A DNA stretch of 43,104 nt, from assembly GCA_018238625.1 (NCBI GenBank), contig JABCSY010000026.1:1-43104 (forward strand). Direction: 5' to 3'. Shown here one piece after another: positions 8,670-19,160 of this stretch. The first letter of the stretch is position 1. Each line of letters begins with the position of its first letter. Origin of the DNA: Promethearchaeota archaeon. GTDB taxonomy: Archaea; Asgardarchaeota; Lokiarchaeia; Sigyniarchaeales; SOKP01. The notes beneath the pieces were generated by a model that was not told where the DNA came from, did not search any database, and saw nothing but the letters and a program-made list of their open reading frames with translations. The translations under genes were made by a program, and so were the position numbers.

Positions 8670-8684
8670 TGATAATAATTATCA
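8670..8684. promoter_or_regulatory. Perfect 7-1-7 inverted repeat TGATAAT-A-ATTATCA (identical to the Fur-box 7-1-7 consensus)
   Basis: Read directly; lies 24-38 nt upstream of the GTPase start codon. Confidence 0.4.
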
Positions 8685-8744
8685 TCATCATAACGCATTG
8701 TATTGTATAAAATTTAATTAAATATATTAAACGAATAAAACTCT

Positions 8745-9135
8745 AGTAATTTAAAAATTTGTATTCCAAAAAAAGTTTCTTAATATTCTTTTTAATAAAC
8801 AAATATGCTTTTTTCTTTCAAAATGGCTCTCTTCAATTTTTATAAAGGCATTCTTTAAAAAATCATTAGGGTCTGGGGATTAAGAAAAATCTCCCAAAAA
8901 GTTAAACTTGAAATGTGATTGTTCATTAGGTCTTTTTCTTTGCATACTGTGTTCATAACTAAAAATCATTGCCTCAAAGACTTTTGGTCCTAATGTTAAA
9001 TAATACATAGGCTTTTTAGATTGAATATCACTATCAATAATTTTATCTCTTGGAGTCTATCTGGTTTGTAAAAAAAAGCCTTGATTGTCTCCACAAAACA
9101 TTATAAAAATCTGTTTGTCTTTCATTTTCATAACA
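8745..9135 (-). pseudogene. Degraded coding remnant of unknown family
   Basis: Minus strand reads PRDKIIDSDIQSKKPMYYLTLGPKVFEAMIFSYEHSMQRKRPNEQSHFKFNFLGDFS*SPDPNDFLKNAFIKIEESHFERKKHICLL with an in-frame stop. Confidence 0.3.
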
Positions 9136-9144
9136 CGAATCTCT

Positions 9145-9392
9145 TTAGTAAAAGGGGTTATGATATTGAGTATTTTCTTGAGAATATATGGTTCTTTCCT
9201 TAATTTCCTTATCGATCAATCCTCCGCGTTTATTCAAGCGAGAAGTTCTCCCTATTCGATGGATATAATTCTCTGGGAACTTTGAAATGTCGTAATTGAA
9301 AACATGCGAAAAATTATTGATATCCAAACCTCTAGCTGCAACATCTGTGGCAATGAGTAGGTTAATCTTATGTGCTTAAAAGCTTTTAAAAT
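9145..9392 (-). pseudogene. Diverged duplicate of the 3' end of the DEAD-box helicase gene (23364-23669)
   Basis: Nucleotide match by eye to 23364-23669 ([11 protein letters not shown]...[10 protein letters not shown]...[10 protein letters not shown]), with an internal ~54-nt deletion and scattered substitutions. Confidence 0.9.
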
Positions 9393-9600
9393 CCAATTGA
9401 AATATGCCTCGTCCTGAATGCTTCCCGGATATATCTCGTGTATTATAGAAAGTCTACCATCTTGAGTACAAAAAAGGCTTATCCCTACAAGGTTAAGGGT
9501 AAATCGCCCCTCCTTGGAATGGCCGTTGTTAGGAAGCTCCATATCGCGTTTAGGATTGATATAAGTGAAAAAATTGGTGGGATCGTAGAATAAATCTAAA
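9393..9600 (-). mobile_element. IS1634-family transposase fragment
   Basis: Minus strand LFYDPTNFFTYI...GHSKEGRFTLNLVGISLFCTQDG...HEIYPGSIQD matches the IS1634 D-x-T / GHSK / PGN-x-x-D pattern; truncated. Confidence 0.75.
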
Positions 9601-9775
9601 AGCTATTCTTTTAAAAATTTCTTAAAATCAAAATAAATAAAAACCTAAAGTGATATAAAACTATAAATAAAAAGGATTAAGGTTTTAAATTTTAAATATT
9701 ATATTAGATTTGTTTTGTCAATTTAGATAATTTATTTATCAATTATTATTGATAATCATTAAAATTGAGTTAAAA

Positions 9776-11758
9776 ATGGATAAAATCAATAGAGTGAGAA
9801 ATCAAAATATGAAAGAAGTGGCAAATACCTTATTTACATTTATAAAATTGGCTAATTTTCCAGTAACAATTCTAGACTGTAACGGAATCTATTACTTTTG
9901 CAATGAGAAAGCAGCTGAGATAATGGGTAAAAGTGTGAATGAAATCATAGGACATAACTATCGCTCTTTTCACACCCCAAAAGAAATAGAGGATATCACC
10001 ATACTAATAGAGAGGTTAAAACATTCAAAAGAGATTTTTCAATTTAAGAAGAGTTACAATGAAAAAACGTTAATTGTATCTTTTTATCCAATCTTAAATA
10101 AGGAAGGTAATGTTGAAAAAATAGTTACAACTTCTCGTGATATCACCAAATACAAAGGAATAGAAAAAAAATTAAGTAACACAAAAGTAGATTTAAAGAA
10201 GTTAAATACAGAATTAGAGCAAAAGATAGAGAAAAGGATTAATAGTTTAAAAATATCAGAAGAAAAATTCAGAATTCTATTCGAGAATTTGGTGGTAAAT
10301 ATAGTAATTTTTGATTATAATGGAGTATGTCAATTAATTAATAAAAAAGCAGCTGAATATTTAGGTTCTTCACCTAAAAGTATCATAGGCAAATCATTAT
10401 GTGATATATTACCTAAAAAAGCAGCAGAGCGATATTTAAAACGGATTCAGAGAGTATATGATTCAAATATTGGCGTTGTCTCTGAAGATACTCTTGAAAT
10501 GCCTTGGGGTAGGAGAACCTTTTTGATTAATGAACAACCATTAAGAAATCAAAATAATGTCATCACAGGTGTAATAAGTGCAAGTATTGATATTTCAGAT
10601 AGAAAAAATTCAGAACTCATATTAAAAGAATCAGAAAGAAGATTTAAACAGATGGCTGAAATTTCATTAGTAGGTATCACAATTATACAAGATAATAAAA
10701 TAATGTTTATAAATCAAAAAAGTAGAGATATATTAGAGATACCAGATTTAAAATTGGAAGCCCCATATGATGAAATAGTTAGGGATATGCTTGCTAAAGA
10801 AGATCAAAAAAGATTTCTAGAATATATATCAAAAAGACAAAAAGAGGAGACAGATACTCCAAATCTTTACTCTACAAAAATCTATTCCTATTCAGGGCAT
10901 TTAAAATGTGTAGAGGTTTATGCCCAATCAATATCGTATTATAATAAACCCGCATTTTTTATATCATTTATAGATAATACAAAATTAAAAAAATATGAAA
11001 AAGAATTAGAAGAAATAAATATCAACCTTGAGCAAAAAGTAGAAGCGAGGACTAAAGAACTTAAAGAAACACAGCAGAAGCTAATACGTAAGGAAAAATT
11101 AACTACAATTGGAAAACTAGCAGGGGGAATTGCGCATGAACTTCGAAATCCTCTTGGAGTTATCAGTAACTCTATTTACTTTTTAAATATGAAGATTGAT
11201 AATAAAGAAGTGAAAGTAATAAAACATTTAAATATAATAAAACACGAATTAAATATTTGTAACCAAATCATTTCTGATCTCCTCAATTTTACTAAAACTA
11301 AAAGGCCTAACTTTAGTAAAGTAAATATCAATAATGCAATTAACGATTTAATAAATAATATGGAAATTCCTAAAAACATTGATATTGAAAAAAAATTCGC
11401 TCTTGAAATACCAGATCTTTTTGTAGATCAAAGGCAAATTCAACAAGCATTTCAAAACCTTATACTGAATGCGTTTCAAGCAATGCCTTTAGGAGGTATT
11501 CTTGAGATTAAAACATATAAAGAAGAAAATATGGTTAATATTTCATTTAAAGACACAGGTGAGGGGATTTTAAATAAGAATCTGAAGAAAATTTTTGAAC
11601 CACTTTTTACAACAAAAGCAAAAGGCTTTGGTTTAGGTTTATCAATTGTAAAAGATATTATTACCAGTCATAATGGAACGATTGACGTTGAAAGTAAAAT
11701 TGATACGGGTTCAACTATTATAGTTAAATTACCTATCCTTAAAAGTGAGGATGCATAA
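9776..11758 (+). CDS. Multi-PAS sensor histidine kinase
   Basis: Three PAS/PAC-like repeats, H-box AHELRNPL, N-box NLILNA, DTGEG, FTTK, GFGLGL. ATG 9776 in frame with ORF start 9749. Confidence 0.93.
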   Translation: MDKINRVRNQNMKEVANTLFTFIKLANFPVTILDCNGIYYFCNEKAAEIMGKSVNEIIGHNYRSFHTPKEIEDITILIERLKHSKEIFQFKKSYNEKTLIVSFYPILNKEGNVEKIVTTSRDITKYKGIEKKLSNTKVDLKKLNTELEQKIEKRINSLKISEEKFRILFENLVVNIVIFDYNGVCQLINKKAAEYLGSSPKSIIGKSLCDILPKKAAERYLKRIQRVYDSNIGVVSEDTLEMPWGRRTFLINEQPLRNQNNVITGVISASIDISDRKNSELILKESERRFKQMAEISLVGITIIQDNKIMFINQKSRDILEIPDLKLEAPYDEIVRDMLAKEDQKRFLEYISKRQKEETDTPNLYSTKIYSYSGHLKCVEVYAQSISYYNKPAFFISFIDNTKLKKYEKELEEININLEQKVEARTKELKETQQKLIRKEKLTTIGKLAGGIAHELRNPLGVISNSIYFLNMKIDNKEVKVIKHLNIIKHELNICNQIISDLLNFTKTKRPNFSKVNINNAINDLINNMEIPKNIDIEKKFALEIPDLFVDQRQIQQAFQNLILNAFQAMPLGGILEIKTYKEENMVNISFKDTGEGILNKNLKKIFEPLFTTKAKGFGLGLSIVKDIITSHNGTIDVESKIDTGSTIIVKLPILKSEDA

Positions 11759-12505
11759 ATGGAGGAACTGATTAAAGTTTTAATTGTTGATGATAATGTT
11801 GAAATGTGTGATACCATATCAGATATCTTGATTGAAAAAAATTATAGTGTATCAACAGTGAATACTGGCTATAAAGCGATTGAATTAATTGAAAAAATTA
11901 ATTTTGATATTATTATACTAGATATTTTAATGCCAGGAATCAATGGTGTTATAACTTTTAAAAAAATCAAACAAATAAATCCTTTAGCTAAAGTAATAAT
12001 GATGACAGCATACCCTCTTGATAAGCTTATAGATATAGCATTAGATGAAGGAGTTTTTGGGATTATATATAAACCGTTTAGTATGGAAAAATTCCTGAAA
12101 ATTATCAGTATTCTTAGTAAGGAACGTCTTGCAATGTTTATAAATGGTGATATAATATTCCATGATACATTTAAGGAGGTGTTAGATAGAATGAATTTTA
12201 AAATAATTATTAGTCATTGTGATTTAAATTCATTAGACAATCTAAAAGAAATTAATATTGATCTAATTTTCATAGATGTGAAGATGCCAAAATTGAAGTA
12301 TAGGGAGATATATAATTTAATAAAAAAAATGGATTACGAAATTCCAGTTGTTTGCATTACAGAATATCGAGTTGAAATGAAAAGATCAGTAGAAGAAGCA
12401 TTTAAGAATAATGTACATGGATACCTTTATAAGCCTTTTAAAATGGAAGATGTGTTTCGAATTATTAGGGCCTTCTACAGTTATGAATTAATGCAAATAA
12501 ATTAG
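11759..12505 (+). CDS. Tandem receiver-domain response regulator
   Basis: REC1: VDDN...DILMP...KPF. REC2 is degenerate at the acidic pocket but has DVKMP...KPF. Confidence 0.9.
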   Translation: MEELIKVLIVDDNVEMCDTISDILIEKNYSVSTVNTGYKAIELIEKINFDIIILDILMPGINGVITFKKIKQINPLAKVIMMTAYPLDKLIDIALDEGVFGIIYKPFSMEKFLKIISILSKERLAMFINGDIIFHDTFKEVLDRMNFKIIISHCDLNSLDNLKEINIDLIFIDVKMPKLKYREIYNLIKKMDYEIPVVCITEYRVEMKRSVEEAFKNNVHGYLYKPFKMEDVFRIIRAFYSYELMQIN

Positions 12506-12518
12506 TATAATACAAATC

Positions 12519-14756
12519 ATGAAAGAATTGAAAGAAAGCCTAAAAATTTTAGTTGTTGATGATGACGATTTAATATGCCAAACATTAAATGATATTTTTG
12601 AGGAGAAAGGGTATTATGTCGAAGTTGCGACGAATGGTCAGATCGCAAAAGAAAAAACAAATCAGATTCCTTTCGCCATCTTTTTAATCGATTTAAAATT
12701 ACCTGATACCAATGGTATTGATCTCATAAAGGATCTTAAAGAAATTAGACCAAGCGGGATATATTTTATCGTTACTGGATATTCTTCCATTCAAAATGTA
12801 TCTAAAGCTATAAAAGATGGTGTCGATGGTTACTTCGTAAAACCACTTGTAATCGAAGAGATTGAAAAAAGAATTATGGATTTATCAGAAAAACGTGAAA
12901 TACAAATACAATTAGAAAATTCTGAACAAAAATATCGCCTAATCTCTGAAAATGTAAATGATTTAATTGTAGTTATTAATGATAAAATTGAAGTTGAATA
13001 TGTTAATGAAATAGCACTCAAGAATATGTTTGGTTATTCACGAGATGAAGTTATTGGACGTTCTGGATTTGATTTTATCAATATTGACGGTTATGAACCA
13101 ACCATAGAAGGTTTAAATAAAGCTTATAGTGAAAGTGATGGGGCATTAGAATTTAAAGCTCACCATAAAGATGGCCATGAAATTTGGATTGCAACGCTTG
13201 GAAAATCTTTTATTAATGAAAAGGCTGAACCTAAAACATTACTTGTTATAAGAGAAATTACAAAGCGAAAATCTATCGAATTAAAATTAAAAGAATCAGA
13301 AATAAAATATCGACATTTATTTGAGAACTCTCCTTTTATAAACACCTTAATTGATACTTCAGGTACAGTTGTTGATATTAATTCATTAATGTTAAAAAAA
13401 TATGGATACCAAAAAGCAGATTTTTTAAACAAAAATTTTTCAGAATTTAAAAACTTTCCTTCAGAAACTTATTCTACTCTTAAAAATATATTTAAAGACG
13501 TTTTTAAAAAAGGTCAAAGTGAACCTAAAGAGATTTTATTTTTTAACAAAAATGGAAGTAAAACATGGGTTTCTATACAAGCAAATCTCATACAAATTGG
13601 TGGGGCGAACTATATCCAAGCAATAACTCAAGATATTAATAAAAGTAAAGAAGACGAGCAAAAGTTAGAAGAATCTGAAAATCGTTTCAGAACTATTACA
13701 GAACAATCATTCATGGGAATTATTATTGTGCAAAATAGTGTTGTTATTTATGCAAATAAAAAAGCTACTAATATTCTTGAACTTAGTTTAAATGAGTTAG
13801 CACAATTACCCAAATATGAAATCTTTAATATTTTAAATCTCCCCAAAGAGTTTGGAATTTCACAAAATCCTTTAATTAGTTTTAAGTTCTCAACAAAAAT
13901 AAATAAAATATCGACAAAAACAAAATGGATAGAGCTTTACATGAAAAGTGTGAATTTTAAAGGGAAGTCAGCAGATTTAATCACATTACTTGATATTACA
14001 AAAAAAAAAGAAGCAGAAAAGATTATTTTAGAAGAAAACAAAAAATTACTCGAATTGAATAAACTCAAGGATGAATTAAACATTAGAATTTCACATGAAT
14101 TAAAAACGCCATTAAACTCTATCTGTAGTGCTTCTAGACTCCTTTTAAAGATATTAAATAATAAAATAGGTGAGGAAGCCCAAGAGCTTTTAGAATTAAT
14201 TGAAAAAGGAGGAGATCGATTAGAAAAATTAGTAATTGATTTACTTAATGTGTCAAAAATAGAATCTGATCAATTTTATCTAAATATAAATACAGTAAAT
14301 ATAGGAGAATTAATAAGAGAAAGTATTGTTGATGTATCTCCTTTACTGGAAGAGAGAGAACAAGTCTTAAATGTGGAAAATATCCAAGATTTAACTATAA
14401 ATATTGATAGAGAAAGAATAAAAGAAACAGTTGAAAATTTATTAATAAATTCAATAAAAAATACTCCTTTAAAAGGTACAATTACAATAAAATTAAAAGA
14501 ATTTAATCTTTTTATTGAAATTCAGATATCTGATACAGGAATTGGTTTTACCAATAAAGAAAAAGAAAGGGTTTTTACAAAATTTGGAAAAATCGAAAGA
14601 TATGGACAAGGGTTTGAGATCAATACGGAAGGCTCAGGATTAGGATTATATTTATCAAAGAAATATGTTAAAAAGCATGGAGGAAAATTATTGCTTGAAT
14701 CAGATGGAAGAAATAGGGGATCAACATTTTTTATTAGGTTACCAAAAATTCCGTAA
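12519..14756 (+). CDS. Hybrid REC-PAS-PAS-PAS histidine kinase
   Basis: N-terminal REC (VDDD, DLKLPD, KP), PAS repeats, SHELKTPL, DTGIG, GSGLGL. Confidence 0.93.
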   Translation: MKELKESLKILVVDDDDLICQTLNDIFEEKGYYVEVATNGQIAKEKTNQIPFAIFLIDLKLPDTNGIDLIKDLKEIRPSGIYFIVTGYSSIQNVSKAIKDGVDGYFVKPLVIEEIEKRIMDLSEKREIQIQLENSEQKYRLISENVNDLIVVINDKIEVEYVNEIALKNMFGYSRDEVIGRSGFDFINIDGYEPTIEGLNKAYSESDGALEFKAHHKDGHEIWIATLGKSFINEKAEPKTLLVIREITKRKSIELKLKESEIKYRHLFENSPFINTLIDTSGTVVDINSLMLKKYGYQKADFLNKNFSEFKNFPSETYSTLKNIFKDVFKKGQSEPKEILFFNKNGSKTWVSIQANLIQIGGANYIQAITQDINKSKEDEQKLEESENRFRTITEQSFMGIIIVQNSVVIYANKKATNILELSLNELAQLPKYEIFNILNLPKEFGISQNPLISFKFSTKINKISTKTKWIELYMKSVNFKGKSADLITLLDITKKKEAEKIILEENKKLLELNKLKDELNIRISHELKTPLNSICSASRLLLKILNNKIGEEAQELLELIEKGGDRLEKLVIDLLNVSKIESDQFYLNINTVNIGELIRESIVDVSPLLEEREQVLNVENIQDLTINIDRERIKETVENLLINSIKNTPLKGTITIKLKEFNLFIEIQISDTGIGFTNKEKERVFTKFGKIERYGQGFEINTEGSGLGLYLSKKYVKKHGGKLLLESDGRNRGSTFFIRLPKIP

Positions 14757-14786
14757 AAAACTAAATGAATAGCTAAATAAAAATAA

Positions 14787-15626
14787 TTAGAAATTTTCAA
14801 ATAGTTTATCCAATTTTTCAAATTTAAATGGTTTTAAAAAATATCCATCTGCTCCAGTTTCTTCCAACCGATTATTTACTCTTTCTTCTGGTATTGCTGT
14901 TATGAAATAAATAGGGATTTTACGATATTTTTCAATAGATTTAAGTTTTTTACACATCTCGAATCCATCTATATCAGGCAAAATGATATCTAATAATATT
15001 AATTTAGGAAAACTTTGTTCTATTTCCCTTAATCCTTTATTTCCAGAAGTAACCCCTTTACAAGTTATACCTTTTATCCTTAAATAACTATTTAAAATTG
15101 AAATCGTTGCAGGATCGTCATCAATAATCAAAATATCATAATCAGACTTAGTAGTTTCCACAGGACAAAATATTTCATTTATTTTTTCTTCCAGATCAAG
15201 ACTATATGAATATATTTCCTGTATTTTTGCTAATACAGATGGATCAAGACTATTTTCATTATTTTCTAATAATAAATGAGTAAATCCTTGAATAGCTGTT
15301 AAAGGTTCCTTTAAACTGTGAGATATATCAATAAAATCTCTATATTTGCTAGTTTTAGAGAGATAGTTAGCGTAAAAATTCACAGATTCGATGATAAATT
15401 TGGTTAGTGTAATATCCTTTTCTTTAGCAAAATTCTTCCATTGAGTCTTTACATCTTCGCTAACAAGAAGTCCTATTCCTTTTTTATCTTTACCATATAT
15501 TTTCTTATTGTCTTTCCAATTTTTGAAACTTTCAGTAATTTCTCCATGCCAAATAGCTTGTTTTCCGGTTTCTTCTTCAAATCTTTTCATTTCTTCCTTC
15601 TTTTCAACATCAGTCATGATAATCAC
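14787..15626 (-). CDS. Response regulator with N-terminal RHH-like segment, HisKA-like (DHp) helix pair and C-terminal REC
   Basis: IGLLVSEDVKTQWKNFAKEKDITLTKFIIESV (RHH-like), ISHSLKEPLTAIQG (H-box), IDDD...DIILPD...KPF (REC); no ATPase domain. Confidence 0.8.
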   Translation of the reverse strand: MIIMTDVEKKEEMKRFEEETGKQAIWHGEITESFKNWKDNKKIYGKDKKGIGLLVSEDVKTQWKNFAKEKDITLTKFIIESVNFYANYLSKTSKYRDFIDISHSLKEPLTAIQGFTHLLLENNENSLDPSVLAKIQEIYSYSLDLEEKINEIFCPVETTKSDYDILIIDDDPATISILNSYLRIKGITCKGVTSGNKGLREIEQSFPKLILLDIILPDIDGFEMCKKLKSIEKYRKIPIYFITAIPEERVNNRLEETGADGYFLKPFKFEKLDKLFENF

Positions 15627-15827
15627 ATCACTCTATTATAACTACTTTAATTATAAATAGAAATTCAATACTATTTTTCATAAAATTCCTTTTTTAACTA
15701 AATTTTTAATTAATTAACATCTTTTTTTGATTATATTAGAATAAAAATTAATTATTTAATTTCTTATATAAATTTATTTAACTTAAATAAAAATTTTTAG
15801 GATAATTAAAATGAATTAATAAAGAAA

Positions 15828-17330
15828 TTACATCTCAAATAATTCTCTTATTTTAATTGAAGCTTTATTAACCAAATTTAAACGTATTAAATCGATATCC
15901 CCATCTATTGTATTGTATTTTTGCTTTAAAAAGTCCAACTTCTCTGATATGTTATCAAAAACCCAAGATATTCCTGAACCTCTTCTTGAATCATAAAAGT
16001 CTCTTTTAAGATCTTTTAAAATCTTTTTTATAATTTTTTTACTTAATACTTGTTTTTTCACGGGGATATTAGAATTACTCTCGTTATAATAAGCTAAAAG
16101 TATAAAATTTCTTTCATAGTTCTTAATTTCGATATTTCTTAACAAAAATTCTCCATTTAATGAAGAAAGTTTGAAGTATTCTAGTTCATTTAAGCTTAAA
16201 CTTTGTACTGTCCTTAATACCGTTGTACATACTAAAGAAAACATTGCTCCTACTGCCAAAGAATCTAATTCTGTTTTAGAATATTCTGAAATTATCATTC
16301 CCTGGCCATCAATTAAAAAACTTGATTGAAAATCACCCTGAAATAATAATTCTTCAAGAATGTCTTTTAAAACATCTACTTTACCTTTCTCCATCTGTTT
16401 AAAATCTTCATCCTCCAGATATGGATCAATAGGTAAACTATTAATTGACTTGGTGATATTATTCTTATTTGATCTAACCCCAAATTCATCAGCACTTTTA
16501 GTAAATTTCTTAATATTCTTATTAAGAGATTCTTCTATCTCTTTAAGCTTGTTCTCTTTAAGAATTAACTCTTTTTGGTTCTTTTTTAAATACTGATCTC
16601 GTTTATTTAACTCAGCTTTTTTCTCTTCTAATTCATTACTCAACACTTTAAAAGTATTTCTAGCATTTTCAAGTTTTTCTCCACGTTTTTTATATTCTTC
16701 TCTACTTTCTTCTAATTTAATAAAACGATTCTGATAATCTTGTTTTATTTCTTCTGCTATTATTGATTGTTTTTCGAAATCTTCAATTTTTTCTTCATAA
16801 ATTGCTTTCATGTTCTCTAAGTCTTCGATTTTTTTCGAATATTCTTCTAATATAACACTGAAATCTTCTTTTATCACCTGATCTTTATCTATTTCCTCTT
16901 TATATTCATTTTGATTAATAATTAAATCCTTTTTTTGTTCTTTATCCTTTTTATTATTAAAAATTTCTTCCTCTAAGATCATTTCTTCAAAAGTTTCATC
17001 AAGTATTTCTCTAACTTCAGGACTTATATCTTCTTCAAGATATAGTTTTTCCTTTTCTTGCGTGATGTTAGATATAAGCGTATCGCTTTTAGGCATATTC
17101 TTATTAAAATTCACATCCTCCTTACTACTCTCTTCATTTTGAACAAGATTAAGATTCGGTAATGAATTACTTGAGATCATTTCTCCAAATATATTATCAA
17201 AAATCTCTTTAACTTCAGGACTAATATCTTCTTCTGCGTAAAATCTCTCTTTCTCTCTTAATATTTCTAAATCCTGAGAATTATCACTATTCTGATTATA
17301 TTCTTGTTTTTTCTTTTCCTTATCAATCAT
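15828..17330 (-). CDS. Acidic repeat / coiled-coil protein with C-terminal roadblock domain
   Basis: Two EKE..Y.EEDISPEV.EI.D..F.EMI repeats, long heptad region, then SSFLIDGQGMIISEY...LAVGAMFS (roadblock/MglB). Confidence 0.75.
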   Translation of the reverse strand: MIDKEKKKQEYNQNSDNSQDLEILREKERFYAEEDISPEVKEIFDNIFGEMISSNSLPNLNLVQNEESSKEDVNFNKNMPKSDTLISNITQEKEKLYLEEDISPEVREILDETFEEMILEEEIFNNKKDKEQKKDLIINQNEYKEEIDKDQVIKEDFSVILEEYSKKIEDLENMKAIYEEKIEDFEKQSIIAEEIKQDYQNRFIKLEESREEYKKRGEKLENARNTFKVLSNELEEKKAELNKRDQYLKKNQKELILKENKLKEIEESLNKNIKKFTKSADEFGVRSNKNNITKSINSLPIDPYLEDEDFKQMEKGKVDVLKDILEELLFQGDFQSSFLIDGQGMIISEYSKTELDSLAVGAMFSLVCTTVLRTVQSLSLNELEYFKLSSLNGEFLLRNIEIKNYERNFILLAYYNESNSNIPVKKQVLSKKIIKKILKDLKRDFYDSRRGSGISWVFDNISEKLDFLKQKYNTIDGDIDLIRLNLVNKASIKIRELFEM

Positions 17331-17374
17331 TTCTTTTAAAGCACCTTATTTCTCTTAATTTTATTATTATTAAT

Positions 17375-17830
17375 TTAGGTTAAAGAACCCAGGTCAGAAA
17401 AGAAAGCTTTAGACGTATCTTTCTTTACAAGATTTCTAATTTTTTTAATAATTTTGCTAGTTTCATATTGAATTAATCCCATATTTGTAGTCTTTGGAAA
17501 AATAATTAATAAAAGAACATTTGAGTATACTCTTGAAATCATAATAGTAAAATCTGCATCACTATTTTCGTTAAACCCAGCATCAATCTTTATTTGTTCA
17601 AGTATTTTATTAACGTTAATAATTTCTATCCCCCTTTCTGCCATTGACAAAATACTTGCTGAAATTGCAGCAAAATTTTGTGTTATTTCATCATCTTCAT
17701 CGTTCTCACTATTATTTACAATAATTAATCCATCTTCAGTAATTAAACTTGCTCTAACAATTCTCAAATCTTTTTTTAGTGTATCCAATAATTGAACCAG
17801 GCTCTCTCTTATATCTGACACTTTTTTCAC
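17375..17830 (-). CDS. Roadblock/LC7 (MglB-like) protein
   Basis: ASLITEDGLIIV, FAAISASILSMAE, NMGLI. Confidence 0.85.
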   Translation of the reverse strand: MKKVSDIRESLVQLLDTLKKDLRIVRASLITEDGLIIVNNSENDEDDEITQNFAAISASILSMAERGIEIINVNKILEQIKIDAGFNENSDADFTIMISRVYSNVLLLIIFPKTTNMGLIQYETSKIIKKIRNLVKKDTSKAFFSDLGSLT

Positions 17831-17921
17831 CTTTTTTTTTTTAATTAATTTTTTTAAATTTTCTTAAAATAAAATTTATTTTTTTAAATTTTTTAAAATA
17901 GAAAAAAAATAATTCAAGGTT

Positions 17922-18287
17922 TTATCCAAGAACTAATTTAACTCTATCTAATGCCATATTGATTTCAAAATCTATTAATCCAATTTTAGCGTCTGAGGGT
18001 GCTAATGCAATTAATACTGCTTGACTTAATTGATGTAAGATTATTAATTTATCATTTCCCGTTATAATAATTGAACCCGTTTTACCTGATTGCAAAGTAC
18101 TTGCAACTCTATTACCAACTGAAGTTAGAGCTGCAGTCATCGCAGCTAACCCTTTTTCATCTACATCACTATGTAAAGCACTAGCCATCATTTGTCCTTT
18201 TAATGAAACTAAAGCACTATTATTAACTTCACAGTTTTTTTCTAATTCTTTTAAGATAGATTTAATTTTATCAATTTTTGCGCTCAT
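17922..18287 (-). CDS. Roadblock/LC7 (MglB-like) protein
   Basis: SALVSLKGQMMASAL, LAAMTAAL, AKIGLI. Confidence 0.9.
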   Translation of the reverse strand: MSAKIDKIKSILKELEKNCEVNNSALVSLKGQMMASALHSDVDEKGLAAMTAALTSVGNRVASTLQSGKTGSIIITGNDKLIILHQLSQAVLIALAPSDAKIGLIDFEINMALDRVKLVLG

Positions 18288-18518
18288 TTTATAATACCTC
18301 CTTTTTTAAAAATAATTTTTTAGTTAATAGTAAATTTTTTTATGTTAATATAGTAATTAAGTCTGATTATATAAATATATCTATTTTTTATAAAAAAACC
18401 CTTTTCTCTTAAATATTTTATTAAAGGAAATATGATATATTTAAATATAAGTTAGTTTTTATATAAATTAATAAAAAAACTTCTTTATTAATATATAATT
18501 TTGAGGTTATTATATTAA

Positions 18519-19160
18519 ATGGAAAAAAATAAATTTAAAATTTTTATTACTGGATTTTTTAATGCTGGGAAAACAACTTTAATTCATACTCTAGATGATA
18601 AAGCTATATCTGTAGAGACGAAACTAGCAGAAGAATATGAACCAGGAAAAACTCATACTACAACTGGTTTTGATTTAGGAAGGCTTGTTTGGGTAAGACC
18701 AAATTTAAATTTCGATACAGAAGGTGTTTTAATGAGTAAATCTGAATATTTTCGAGATAAAAAGGAATATTCTGGATGGCATATTATTAATGTTGAGTTA
18801 AAAGGGAGCCCTGGTCAGATACAATTTAAAGCTGTACGTCATATTCTAGGAAGAGGAAGTGATGGTGTCATTTTATTAATTGATGGATGTGATTTAGCTA
18901 ATATTGGAAACGCTTTAGTAATAAGAGAAGAAATAACTACTAATCTTGGAAAAAACATCCCCTTAAATATTATAGCAAATAAGGCAGATAGAGAGGATTA
19001 TTATGGAAATGAGATGATTTCTGATTTGATAGGCGAGGAAGTATATAAAGGATCTGTTTTGGATAATATTGGAATTAAAGATGCTATAATAAATACCCTT
19101 AAAATAATTGTTAATAAATCAAATGATAATTTTAACTTAAAAGGTAAGGTGGTTGCCTAA
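18519..19160 (+). CDS. Small GTPase (CvnD/ATP_bind_1/MglA-related)
   Basis: GFFNAGKTT, KTHTTTGFDLGR, GSPGQ, NKAD. Confidence 0.85.
   Translation: MEKNKFKIFITGFFNAGKTTLIHTLDDKAISVETKLAEEYEPGKTHTTTGFDLGRLVWVRPNLNFDTEGVLMSKSEYFRDKKEYSGWHIINVELKGSPGQIQFKAVRHILGRGSDGVILLIDGCDLANIGNALVIREEITTNLGKNIPLNIIANKADREDYYGNEMISDLIGEEVYKGSVLDNIGIKDAIINTLKIIVNKSNDNFNLKGKVVA

Noticed and set aside
9252-9542. 96-aa ORF as a real gene
   Set aside because: It is a chimera of the IS1634 fragment and an out-of-frame helicase duplicate.
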